A DNA stretch of 64,000 nt from assembly GCA_038123275.1 (NCBI GenBank), contig JAYORG010000010.1, forward strand, positions 278 to 64,277, in the 5' to 3' direction. Source of the DNA: Rickettsiales bacterium (GTDB taxonomy: Bacteria > Pseudomonadota > Alphaproteobacteria > Rickettsiales > UBA1997). The position numbers were made by a program, and so were the translations under genes. Below the pieces are notes generated by a model that was not told the origin of the DNA, did no database searches, and was given only the letters and a program-made list of their open reading frames with translations. Below are positions 28,015 to 36,793 of this stretch, piece after piece (within the stretch, counting starts at the first letter, position 1; the number at the start of each line of letters is the position of its first letter).

Positions 28015-28686
28015 TTATCTTTTCATTACATGCCAACTAAAAGCTGCTTTTACATTTAAGATCCCAGATATTTGTCCAGTACTAATTTTAACTAAATCTT
28101 TAAATTCATAAGTTTTATTTTTAGAGATAGATAATTGGTTAATAACTATATATCCAGTTAGACTCTTTCTTAAATCTCTTAAAAACTCAATAGCTCTGAC
28201 ATCATCTGGCGCAGCAAATGAAACCTGGCAGTTACTAATAAATATGCTGGATACTTTTTTCTTAGATGCTTCATTGCCAAATTTACGAGGTACTGACATT
28301 TTAAAGTCATATTTTCGAATATCATATTTTTTTGCTAATTTTCTAATCACATCTCCCAATAATTGAGAGTTTATACCCTCAGCATTTTTTTGCTGACTAG
28401 AGGCCTGGTTCCATCTGTTATTATATTTTTTAGCAAGATTTAAATTATCCCTGGTTTCTTTGCTTTCTTTTCGTACTACCTTAATATAGTCTTTTAGTTC
28501 TGTTATATTCTTACTGTCAAAGTTAAGTAATGTTTGGCGATAAAGGTTTAGTCCAAAAATAAATCCTGAAAAAATAACAGCAATAGTAAAATAAAGTAAT
28601 ATATTATATAAACCTTTTCTGAATTTCTTTTTATAAAGATACCATCTATCTTTATTTTGTGGTTTGTCATTTTGTTTGTGGATCAT
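28015..28686 (-). CDS. Bitopic membrane protein (PilO/GspM/MshJ-like by architecture)
   Basis: Short basic N-terminus, one TM (LYNILLYFTIAVIFSGFIFGL), a coiled-coil segment, then a beta-alpha-beta-beta pattern (ISNCQVSFAAPDDVRAIEFLRDLRKSLTGYIVINQLSI...ILNVKAAFSW). Its ATG overlaps the upstream stop (ATGA). Confidence 0.55.
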   Translation of the reverse strand: MIHKQNDKPQNKDRWYLYKKKFRKGLYNILLYFTIAVIFSGFIFGLNLYRQTLLNFDSKNITELKDYIKVVRKESKETRDNLNLAKKYNNRWNQASSQQKNAEGINSQLLGDVIRKLAKKYDIRKYDFKMSVPRKFGNEASKKKVSSIFISNCQVSFAAPDDVRAIEFLRDLRKSLTGYIVINQLSISKNKTYEFKDLVKISTGQISGILNVKAAFSWHVMKR

Positions 28687-30275
28687 TTCTGACTCCTAAT
28701 TATTAATGTAAAAGATACTTCATAATATTTTTTACTAAAGTCAAGATCTTGGGGTAGGTCAGAGCTGGTAATGCGATATTCTTTAAATTTATTAGTGGTA
28801 GTTAAGATCAGGTCATCATAAATTTTAAATAAACTTTCTACATCACCAGTATCATTTTTAATTTTGCCTATAATAGTAAAAGAGAAATTGTCTTTCGTAG
28901 ATTGTATTGTAAATTCATTAACAAATCTAAAATTATGTACAGTCACACTTTTACTTGTAATAAATTCTAATATTTTAAAGAAATCCAGAGGTTTAGCTTT
29001 GTTTTTTTCTATAGACTCATCTAATCTGCCAAATGCAATAATTTCATCTATACCCAAAAGTACTCCATTGTCTTTTGGAGCTTCTTCTCCAATAACTTGT
29101 TCTTTTATCTTTACTAGGTTTTGTTCTTCCATTAACTTGGTTTTTATTAATCTATTAATTTGTTTACTATTTCCGGATTGCTCAATTTGAATAAAAATTG
29201 AGTAGAAAATAACCACAAGCAATAATGAAAAACTTATGCCAACAGATATTTTTGAAAGAGTGTCTAATATCCAAAGAGATTTTATTTTTTTGGTAATTGA
29301 CTTAAGTATTTTATTTGAATTAACAAATACGCTTGATACTAAAATATCAGCAAATTGACTATTTTTTGGAATTAATTTGTTATAACCAATTTTTTCTGCT
29401 GCTTCTCTTGGTGTATAATTAGTAAAATTAATTTCATGGTTTTTTATGTGGCTAATTTTTTCTATAACAAATCTTGGTAAGATGTTGATTATTTCTACAT
29501 CTTCCATTTTTAGATTAGGAAGTATTCTTTTTAAATATTCGTTTGTTCTAAAAATATCTTGCTCAAAATCAACTATAAAATTTTTGTCTTCATATTCATA
29601 TTTTGTAAGTCTGGTAAAAATAATTTTTTCATTTAAAAATACAACTTGTCTAATACCGCTTACTTTATTTTGAATAATTAATAAAGTTATTTTGTTAGAA
29701 TTATCATTGTCTTTATTTTCATTTTTATTTTCATTTTCATCTTCATTTTTTTTAGCTTTTTTATTTTCAATTTGGTTTTGGGCTAAATGTAATTTTTTAA
29801 TTAAGCTAACTGTTTCTATTGGCAGCATATAAATGCCAAGTAATGGATTACTTACTTCTTGTAATAAAAAATCAATCCATTGATCCATTGCGTCAAAATA
29901 AACTGATGAAACATACATACATTCCCATTTTTTCATCTTCTTGTTTTTATAGGTCATGTAATTATATACTAATTCTTCAGAATTAGAAATAGATTGAAAT
30001 TCTTGCTGAAGATGTCTATTGATTATTTGTTTTAGGTCAAGGCGGTTAATAGAGGGATAAGATTTATTTGTATAAGTTTGCTCTGCGTTATCCAGTAGTA
30101 TATAAACTGGAACACCTTTATTTTGCTTAAAAATTTTCAATAGCTGAATTTTACCTTCTCTTGAAAGAGATGGCACTAAGACCTTATTTTTAACATGTGT
30201 ACCATGGTTTAACGAGAGTAGGGAACTTTCATTTCCAATGGTTATTGTAAAAGCCTTCTTTGTGAACATTATCAA
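28683..30275 (-). CDS. Bitopic membrane protein: cytoplasmic PilM/actin-like region fused to TM plus PilN-like periplasmic domain (MshI/GspL-like by architecture)
   Basis: N-terminal FTITIGNESSLLSL (compare the PilM IDIGSSSIKLV phosphate-1 strand, here lacking the Asp). A second lobe ITLLIIQNKVSGIRQVVFLNEKIIFTR. A TM at about aa 345-368. C-terminal coiled coil plus alpha/beta domain. Confidence 0.55.
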   Translation of the reverse strand: MIMFTKKAFTITIGNESSLLSLNHGTHVKNKVLVPSLSREGKIQLLKIFKQNKGVPVYILLDNAEQTYTNKSYPSINRLDLKQIINRHLQQEFQSISNSEELVYNYMTYKNKKMKKWECMYVSSVYFDAMDQWIDFLLQEVSNPLLGIYMLPIETVSLIKKLHLAQNQIENKKAKKNEDENENKNENKDNDNSNKITLLIIQNKVSGIRQVVFLNEKIIFTRLTKYEYEDKNFIVDFEQDIFRTNEYLKRILPNLKMEDVEIINILPRFVIEKISHIKNHEINFTNYTPREAAEKIGYNKLIPKNSQFADILVSSVFVNSNKILKSITKKIKSLWILDTLSKISVGISFSLLLVVIFYSIFIQIEQSGNSKQINRLIKTKLMEEQNLVKIKEQVIGEEAPKDNGVLLGIDEIIAFGRLDESIEKNKAKPLDFFKILEFITSKSVTVHNFRFVNEFTIQSTKDNFSFTIIGKIKNDTGDVESLFKIYDDLILTTTNKFKEYRITSSDLPQDLDFSKKYYEVSFTLIIRSQK

Positions 30276-30372
30276 TAAAGTTTTACTAGAGAAGAAACAA
30301 GTTTAATGTTATTACCTTGCAATAAACTTTCAATATTAATTTAATGATTTTGTATAAAACTTACAAGATAAT

Positions 30373-31050
30373 TTATTGGTATGGATAAGGATCTTTTATG
30401 CCATTTTCTGCAAAACCTTGTAATCTTAATAGACAAGAGTCACACTTGCTGCAAGCATAGAATTCTAAGCCTTGTTTAATTGGGTCATAGCAGCTATGAG
30501 CAATAGAATAATCAACCCCTAAATCCAAGCCAGTTTTAATAATTTGAGCTTTAGTTAGTTCAATTAAAGGGGCATGAATTTTAAAATTATCACCTGTAGC
30601 TGTAGCCTTATTTGCTAACAGTTCAAAAGCTTTTATAAATTCTGGGCGACAATCTGGATAGTTACTGTAATCAATAGCATTTGCTCCAATAAAAATATCA
30701 CTTGCTCCAATAACTTCGCCATAAGCTAAGGCAAAAGATAAAAAAATTGTATTGCGAGCGGGTACATAGGTTATAGGAATGTCTTTTTGATTGTTTACGT
30801 CTTGATTCTTTGGTATTTTTAAACTTTTATCTACTAAGGCCGAGTGACCAAATATACCTAGGTCAATATTGGCAATTTTATGTTCCTTTATGCTATGTTC
30901 TTTGACTATTTTTTTTGCAAATTCAAGTTCAACATTATGCCTTTGACCATAAAGAAAGCTTAAGGCATAAAGATCATATTCTTTTTTGGCAATTGCGCTA
31001 ACTGTTATAGAATCTAATCCACCGCTTAATAAAATTACTGCTTTTTTCAT
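30373..31050 (-). CDS. queC: 7-cyano-7-deazaguanine synthase
   Basis: PP-loop SGGLDS and a C-terminal Cys cluster CSKCDSC. Confidence 0.9.
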   Translation of the reverse strand: MKKAVILLSGGLDSITVSAIAKKEYDLYALSFLYGQRHNVELEFAKKIVKEHSIKEHKIANIDLGIFGHSALVDKSLKIPKNQDVNNQKDIPITYVPARNTIFLSFALAYGEVIGASDIFIGANAIDYSNYPDCRPEFIKAFELLANKATATGDNFKIHAPLIELTKAQIIKTGLDLGVDYSIAHSCYDPIKQGLEFYACSKCDSCLLRLQGFAENGIKDPYPYQ

Positions 31051-31159
31051 GTTTTAAGTAAATTATACTATTATTTATCTAAAAATAAATATTAGTATTA
31101 AGTTAAAAAAGATAATGATTTTTACATTAATTAATTTTAAAATTCCAGCCCTTGATTTT

Positions 31160-31236
31160 GGGTGGTTAGCTCAGTTGGTTAGAGCGCTACGTTGACATCG
31201 TAGAGGTCGGGGATTCGAATTCCTTACCACCCACCA
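31160..31236 (+). tRNA. tRNA-Val (anticodon GAC), encoded CCA
   Basis: GGGTGGTTAGCTCAGTTGGTTAGAGCGCTACGTTGACATCGTAGAGGTCGGGGATTCGAATTCCTTACCACCCACCA. Acceptor GGGTGGT/ACCACCC and anticodon loop TTGACAT. Confidence 0.92.
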
Positions 31237-31261
31237 TTTCCTTTTTTTAATTTTAGCTAAT

Positions 31262-31570
31262 TTATCTATGGTGCAGGCGATATTTTTTATAACGTCGATA
31301 ATAATTATTTTTTAAGCGGTAATTTTTATATCTTGGGTAATAATTATCTTGATTAATTCCATAGTTTCTTGGTGGTACATAATATTGATCATTATCAAAA
31401 TAGCGATCTATGCCGTTATAAGGGTTGGTATAAAGTCTAGAGACAGGTTTTCCATGATAGGCAGATGGAGAAGTGTAAGTTTTAATAGTTGGAAATGTTA
31501 AGTTTTGCTGTTGTGTCTTATAGCCACAAGAGGAAATTAATAATATTAATAGCAATATTAAATTTATCAT
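31262..31570 (-). CDS. Small Tyr/Asn/Arg-rich lipoprotein, paralog 1
   Basis: Lipobox LLISSC. Conserved core T[IY][KR]TY[TS]SPSAYHGKPVSR[LI]Y.NPYN....YFDND..Y[VI]PPRNYGIN.DNYY shared with the next ORF. Confidence 0.6.
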   Translation of the reverse strand: MINLILLLILLISSCGYKTQQQNLTFPTIKTYTSPSAYHGKPVSRLYTNPYNGIDRYFDNDQYYVPPRNYGINQDNYYPRYKNYRLKNNYYRRYKKYRLHHR

Positions 31571-31628
31571 AACTTACTTTGCAAAAAATATGATTTAATA
31601 ATTATTATTTTTATAAGTTTTATTTATA

Positions 31629-31907
31629 TTAATATCTTCTATTTCTACGTTTTGTGTAGTAATTATCCCTATTAATTCCATAGTTTCTAGGTGGAATATA
31701 AGAATTATCATTATCAAAATAGTGATCTTGAAAGTTATAAGGATTGTTATATATTCTAGAAACGGGCTTTCCATGATAAGCAGATGGCGAAGAGTATGTT
31801 CTAATAGTTTGAAATTTTAAGTTCTGTGATGCTTTTTGGTTGCAGGAGTTAGTAAATAATATTAGAACTATTAAATTTATAAGTATTATATGGTATTTTA
31901 GCATCAT
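31629..31907 (-). CDS. Small Tyr/Asn/Arg-rich lipoprotein, paralog 2
   Basis: Lipobox-like LFTNSC and the same conserved core as 31262..31570. Confidence 0.6.
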   Translation of the reverse strand: MMLKYHIILINLIVLILFTNSCNQKASQNLKFQTIRTYSSPSAYHGKPVSRIYNNPYNFQDHYFDNDNSYIPPRNYGINRDNYYTKRRNRRY

Positions 31908-31934
31908 TTATTTTTTATCTGAATTTTCTTACAA

Positions 31935-32712
31935 CTCATAATGGCATTGTTAATTAAGTATATCTAACATCCCATTCCTTTTCAGAATAAGCAGTTTTAC
32001 TGAATATTCAAGCATTTCTATTGACTTACTATAGCATTTGCTCTTTCTTCTCATTCTAGCCAGAAAATGCCTAAACAAACTATTGTAACCTTCCACTGTA
32101 TAAGTATGAGCCTTGGATTGAATATGTTTATTTTTTGGAACAAACTTTTTATATGGACCCCAGTAATCTGTTGCAATAAAGCCCTTGGACCTATCCTTTA
32201 CTCCTTCCCAAAGTTTTTTTCCCTGTTTTTGTTGATCTATCGCCAATAGTGAAGTTGATAAATTCTTTTGCATATCTATCAACAGCAATCCAGATCCAGC
32301 AAGCGTTTTTTTTGAGCCAATATAGCTGTGCATTTCATCTATTTCAGTAAGGCAAATTTTATGACTATTCTGTACTAAATGTAGATTTTCACCATATTGT
32401 TTAATCCAATTATGAATTGTGACATGGCTAAAATTAAGAAATCTTCCTATTGATCTAAACCCTAACCCTTCTAGATAGAGTTCTAATGCTTGACGTTTTT
32501 GAGTTTTATTTCCAGATCCAGACTTAGATTAGTACACTGTAATAATAGTTACAATCTCTACATTTGTAGCGTTGTTTTTCTTTAACTCTTCCAGCTTTTC
32601 TTGTATTCGACTGTTGACATTTTGGGCAATTATTCATTCTTATCTTCTAATTTGAGGTTAAAATAGAAGATATTTTATATTAGATATATTTAATTAATAA
32701 TGCTCTCATAAT
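31935..32712 (-). mobile_element. IS1-family insertion sequence, decayed (about 780 bp)
   Basis: Imperfect terminal inverted repeats: GGCATTGTTAATTAAGTATATCTAA at 31942..31966 against the reverse complement of 32680..32704, 22/24 identical. Internal InsA-like zinc finger and InsB-like DDE segments. End coordinates are accurate to about 5 bp. Confidence 0.7.
31950..32637 (-). pseudogene. IS1-family transposase (InsA/InsB-like) broken by at least three frame disruptions
   Basis: MNNCPKCQQSNTRKAGRVKEKQRYKCRDCNYYYSVLI then a stop. A frame change gives QKRQALELYLEGLGFRSIGRFLNFSHVTIHNWIKQY...EIDEMHSYIGSKK. A shift at an A8 run gives NACWIWIAVDRYAKEF. A further shift leads to ATDYWGPYKKF..HTYTVEGYNSLFRHFLARMRRKSKCYSKS (compare IS1 InsB TDGWPLY...[26 protein letters not shown]). 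Confidence 0.7.
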
Positions 32713-32723
32713 AAACAGTCTTA

Positions 32724-32876
32724 TCAAGACTTTGCATCATCGTCATCAAATAGGATTCTATTAGCAGTGCCATCCAGATCTTCATACTGTTTATTTTTTA
32801 TAGTCCATAAAAATGAAATTAGTCCTACTAAGCCTAATCCAATTGCTATTGGTACTAAGTAAATCAAAACTTCCAT
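32724..32876 (-). CDS. ccoS: cbb3-type cytochrome oxidase maturation protein CcoS/FixS
   Basis: Not in the ORF track (50 aa). MEVLIYLVPIAIGLGLVGLISFLWTIKNKQYEDLDGTANRILFDDDDAKS has the typical CcoS pattern: a TM followed by Q[FY][DE]DL[DE]G.A.RIL.DDD. Confidence 0.8.
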   Translation of the reverse strand: MEVLIYLVPIAIGLGLVGLISFLWTIKNKQYEDLDGTANRILFDDDDAKS

Positions 32877-34630
32877 ATCTTATTTTGTAAAGTCCAAATT
32901 TTGCAGTAATGTCCATTTTTGGCAATTAATTCATTATGGCTACCATCTTCAATTATTTTACCTTTATCAAATACTAAAATTCTATCCATTGAGTTAAGAG
33001 TAGACAACCTATGTGCAATAACAATACAAGTTCGATTTGCCATAAGGGTATTTAAGCTTTCTTGGATATATTTTTCTGTAATTGAGTCAAGAGCTGAGGT
33101 GGCTTCATCTAAAATTAATATTGGTGAATCTTTTAAAATTGCTCTGGCAATTGCTATCCTTTGTCTTTGACCACCAGATAATTTAGACCCTCTTTGCCCT
33201 ACTATTGTATCATATCCATTTTGTAATTTAGTTATAAATTCATGACAATTGGCTCTTTTTGATGCCTTTATAACCTCTTCTTTGCTAGCTTTTTCTTTGC
33301 CATAGGCAATATTTTCAAAAATGCTGCGATGAAATAAAATCGGTTCTTGAACTATGTTGGAAATTTGATTACGCAAAGAATCTTTAGTAACTTTACTAAT
33401 ATCTTGTCCATCAATTTCGATTGTACCAGAAGATAAATCAAAGAAACGATTAATTAAGCTAATAAAAGTAGTTTTTCCACTTCCAGAAATGCCAACTAAT
33501 CCTATTTTTTCTTTGGGATTTATGACAATATTTTTATTAGAAAATACTGTGCTACCTTCTTGGTAATTAAAATTAACATTTTTAAATCTAATTTCACCTT
33601 TGGTGGCCTTCATTTTTATTGCTCCTTTTTTATCTTTTACACCATGAGGAGTTCGGATTAATTCTAAGGCTTGTTTGCAAATTCCGATGTTTCTAAAAAA
33701 TACTGGAATCTCCGAGGAGCTAATCCAACTCATTAAAGTTAACCCAGATGAGGTATAAAAAATATAAACCAATTCACTTGAAGATATGACGTCATGCTGC
33801 CATTTATTAATCATTAAGTAAATATTTGCAACTCCCATAATAGCAAAGCATGTAAAACCTTGAATTGCACGAATTTTAAATAGAAGGTAGGAAATATTTT
33901 CATGCTTTTTCTTTTCATCATTTTGAAACTTTCCTAAATATTTGAGTTCAAACTTTTTACGTACAAAAAGTTTCATGGTAACAATATTAGAAAGAGAATC
34001 AACTATTATGCCAGTTAGTTTGCTGGAGCTTTTTGAGTGAACATGGGAAAGTTCATCACATTTTTTGGCATATAATAAAGAGATTCCAATATGTATAGTG
34101 GTCCAAATTAGTAGTATGGCAGCAAAAAAAGGATGTAAGCTAATAAAAATTATTGTACCAATAATCATGGCTAATATTGTCGGAATAAAGCAGTAGATAG
34201 TTACTTGAACAATCATTGAAGCGCTTTTAGCCATATCATTGATTTTATTTGCAATTGAACCAGCAAAATTACCAGAAAAATAGGTAATTGAGTGATTTTG
34301 TACATAATCAATTATGGCCATTCTAATATTAGATTCAAAGGTGGGGTATGTTTTAATAAACAGGTATTCACAGGCGCGAAACATTAAATCAGTTAAAATC
34401 CAAATAAAAGCGCCAATTGCGATGACAATTCCAATTTTACTCCAAATAGTACTTTTATCGCCATCAAAATTGATTAATATGTCTAAGAAAATTTTAAAAA
34501 TATAAGGAAATATTGTTTGATCTATTGTCCAGGCAAAATGACAAATTACCAAAGCAATAAAAAGCTTTTTTTGTTTCCCAATAAAGTGAAATATAAATTT
34601 ACTTAATGTTTTTGGTAATATTTTGCTCAT
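32864..34630 (-). CDS. ABC exporter, fused permease/ATPase (MsbA-like half transporter)
   Basis: Six N-terminal TM helices. Walker A GISGSGKTT, signature LSGGQRQRIAIARA, Walker B ILILDEATSALD. Confidence 0.85.
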   Translation of the reverse strand: MSKILPKTLSKFIFHFIGKQKKLFIALVICHFAWTIDQTIFPYIFKIFLDILINFDGDKSTIWSKIGIVIAIGAFIWILTDLMFRACEYLFIKTYPTFESNIRMAIIDYVQNHSITYFSGNFAGSIANKINDMAKSASMIVQVTIYCFIPTILAMIIGTIIFISLHPFFAAILLIWTTIHIGISLLYAKKCDELSHVHSKSSSKLTGIIVDSLSNIVTMKLFVRKKFELKYLGKFQNDEKKKHENISYLLFKIRAIQGFTCFAIMGVANIYLMINKWQHDVISSSELVYIFYTSSGLTLMSWISSSEIPVFFRNIGICKQALELIRTPHGVKDKKGAIKMKATKGEIRFKNVNFNYQEGSTVFSNKNIVINPKEKIGLVGISGSGKTTFISLINRFFDLSSGTIEIDGQDISKVTKDSLRNQISNIVQEPILFHRSIFENIAYGKEKASKEEVIKASKRANCHEFITKLQNGYDTIVGQRGSKLSGGQRQRIAIARAILKDSPILILDEATSALDSITEKYIQESLNTLMANRTCIVIAHRLSTLNSMDRILVFDKGKIIEDGSHNELIAKNGHYCKIWTLQNKIWKF

Positions 34631-34647
34631 TTATGTAAGTTTTGTAA

Positions 34648-35916
34648 TTAAATAACTTTTAATGCAATATCATTACGACAAAATCCATCATGCCAGTCAA
34701 TTTTCTTAACTGCTTGATAGCTATTTTCTCGAGCTGTAGCAAAATCATCAGCAATACAGCTAATACCTAAAACTCTGCCACCAACTGCTAATATTTTGTT
34801 ATCTTCTTTTTTTGTGCCTGCATGAAAAATAACAATATTATCATTTATATTCTGAGATTCTTTTAAGTTTTTAATTTCAGTTCCTTTTTGGTAAGTTCCA
34901 GGGTAGCCTTTGGCTGCCATAACAACGCAAACAGCTTTTTTATTACTAAATTTAACTTCTTCATTTAGCTCTCCTTGGCTGGCATCAAACATTAATTTAA
35001 ATAAGTCAGATTCAAGTCTAAGTAAAATGGTTTGAGTTTCAGGGTCACCAAGTCTGGTATTAAATTCTAATAATTTTGGACCATTTTTAGTTAAAATTAA
35101 TCCAGCAAATAAAATACCACTAAAAGGAGATCCTAATGTAGTCATGCCTTTTAGTGTTGGATTAATAATTTTATTCATAATTTCTTCATGCAACTCTTTT
35201 GTTACAAAAGGAGAGGGTGAATAGGTTCCCATTCCTCCAGTATTTAGGCCAGTTTCATTTTCACCAACTTTTTTATGATCTCCGGCATGACCAAAGAATT
35301 TGGCTGTTTTGCCATCGCAAATTGCAAAGAAACTAATTTCTGGGCCATCTAAAAATTCTTCAATAACTATTTCTTTTCCAGCATTGCCAAATTTTCCACC
35401 TAAAATTTCTTTAATTGCTAATTTAGCTTCATTTTTATTTTGAGCAATAATTACACCTTTTCCTGCAGCAATTCCATCAGCCTTAATTACAATAGGCATA
35501 TCAACTTTATTTAAATATTCAAACGCCTCTGTTTCATTATTAAAAGATTCATATTTTGCGGTTGGTATTTGAAATTGGTCACAAAGTTTTTTGGTAAAAA
35601 TTTTGGATCCTTCTAGTCTGGCAGCTAATTTTGATGGCCCAAAAACATTAATTCCAGCATTTTTTAAATCGTTACTTAAGCCTTCAATTAATGGTTGTTC
35701 AGGCCCAATAATTACCAAGTTAATTTCTTTTTTTTGACAAAATTGAATAATTTTTGCATGATCATTAGCTTTAATATTATCAATGCAATGAGCAATTTCT
35801 GATATACCACCATTGCCAGATATGCAAAAAATTTCACTAACTAATTTTGATTGTTTTATTTTGTGAATAATGGCATGTTCACGTCCACCATTTCCAATTA
35901 CTAATACTTTGTTCAT
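34648..35916 (-). CDS. purD: Phosphoribosylamine--glycine ligase
   Basis: VLVIGNGGREHA N-terminus and an ATP-grasp core. Confidence 0.9.
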   Translation of the reverse strand: MNKVLVIGNGGREHAIIHKIKQSKLVSEIFCISGNGGISEIAHCIDNIKANDHAKIIQFCQKKEINLVIIGPEQPLIEGLSNDLKNAGINVFGPSKLAARLEGSKIFTKKLCDQFQIPTAKYESFNNETEAFEYLNKVDMPIVIKADGIAAGKGVIIAQNKNEAKLAIKEILGGKFGNAGKEIVIEEFLDGPEISFFAICDGKTAKFFGHAGDHKKVGENETGLNTGGMGTYSPSPFVTKELHEEIMNKIINPTLKGMTTLGSPFSGILFAGLILTKNGPKLLEFNTRLGDPETQTILLRLESDLFKLMFDASQGELNEEVKFSNKKAVCVVMAAKGYPGTYQKGTEIKNLKESQNINDNIVIFHAGTKKEDNKILAVGGRVLGISCIADDFATARENSYQAVKKIDWHDGFCRNDIALKVI

Positions 35917-36014
35917 TTTTGGAGTTATTTATTTAATTAAGGCTTGATTTTTGTACTTCTAAAAGCTAAACTAAACTAGTGATTTTTTTAAAAAAAGCAA
36001 TAGGTAAATAGTTT

Positions 36015-36665
36015 ATGCAAAGAAATTTAAAACAACATACAGTTAAGTCTTTTGATGAGAGTTTAGGTAATATTTCTAATCTTATGCTAGAAATGTCAAA
36101 CTTAACCCTAGAATCTGTTAATATTATTGAAGAAGTTATAAAAACAAAGAAAGATTTGGCTAATAAAATCAAATCTCATGATGATAAAATTAATCAGTAT
36201 GATTATGATATTGGCAATGAAATAGCAGCATTTATTGCTTTAAGGCAACCTAAAGCTTATGATTTAAGGTTAGCAGTTTCAGCAGTGAAAGTTTCTTCTA
36301 ATTTAGAAAGAATTGGTGATTATGCTAAAGGTGTAGTTGAAAAAATTTCTAAATATAATGTGTCAAAAAAATATGAGAAAAACTTCTTAACAATGACAGC
36401 AATCTCTAAAGACATGATTAAAAATGCAGTATACTCATTAACTCATAATGATCTAGAAGCATCTCAATTAGTTTTAGCTAAAGATGATGAGATTGATGGT
36501 ATATATCGTGAAATGCTTAATAAATTTAAGAATCAGACTTTAAGTGAAGATTCTAGAGAGTTAATAAATATGATTTTTGTAGCTAAAGGTATTGAAAGAT
36601 TGGCGGATCATGCTGGTAATATTGCAACCATAGTTAATTATACAGTCACTGGAGAAATCATTTAA
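36015..36665 (+). CDS. phoU: Phosphate signalling complex protein PhoU
   Basis: Two PhoU repeats with the E..D...ER.GD.A motifs (NLERIGDYA and IERLADHA). Confidence 0.85.
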   Translation: MQRNLKQHTVKSFDESLGNISNLMLEMSNLTLESVNIIEEVIKTKKDLANKIKSHDDKINQYDYDIGNEIAAFIALRQPKAYDLRLAVSAVKVSSNLERIGDYAKGVVEKISKYNVSKKYEKNFLTMTAISKDMIKNAVYSLTHNDLEASQLVLAKDDEIDGIYREMLNKFKNQTLSEDSRELINMIFVAKGIERLADHAGNIATIVNYTVTGEII

Positions 36666-36672
36666 TTGTCAT

Positions 36673-36738
36673 GTCATGCTGAACTTAGAATAACTTAGGC
36701 CTTCAGGCCTTAGTTATTATTATGTGAAGTATCTCACG
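36673..36738 (+). repeat. Palindromic intergenic element (half-element), between phoU and lipA
   Basis: GTCATGCTGAACTTAGAA, then hairpin (aataacttaggcc ttca ggccttagttatt), then ATTATGTGAAGTATCTCACG. A GTCAT head duplicate lies 5 nt upstream. Confidence 0.85.
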
Positions 36739-36793
36739 TAAAGAAATATTAGCTAATATTATTTAAATATAAATTATTTTTAATTAAACACTA

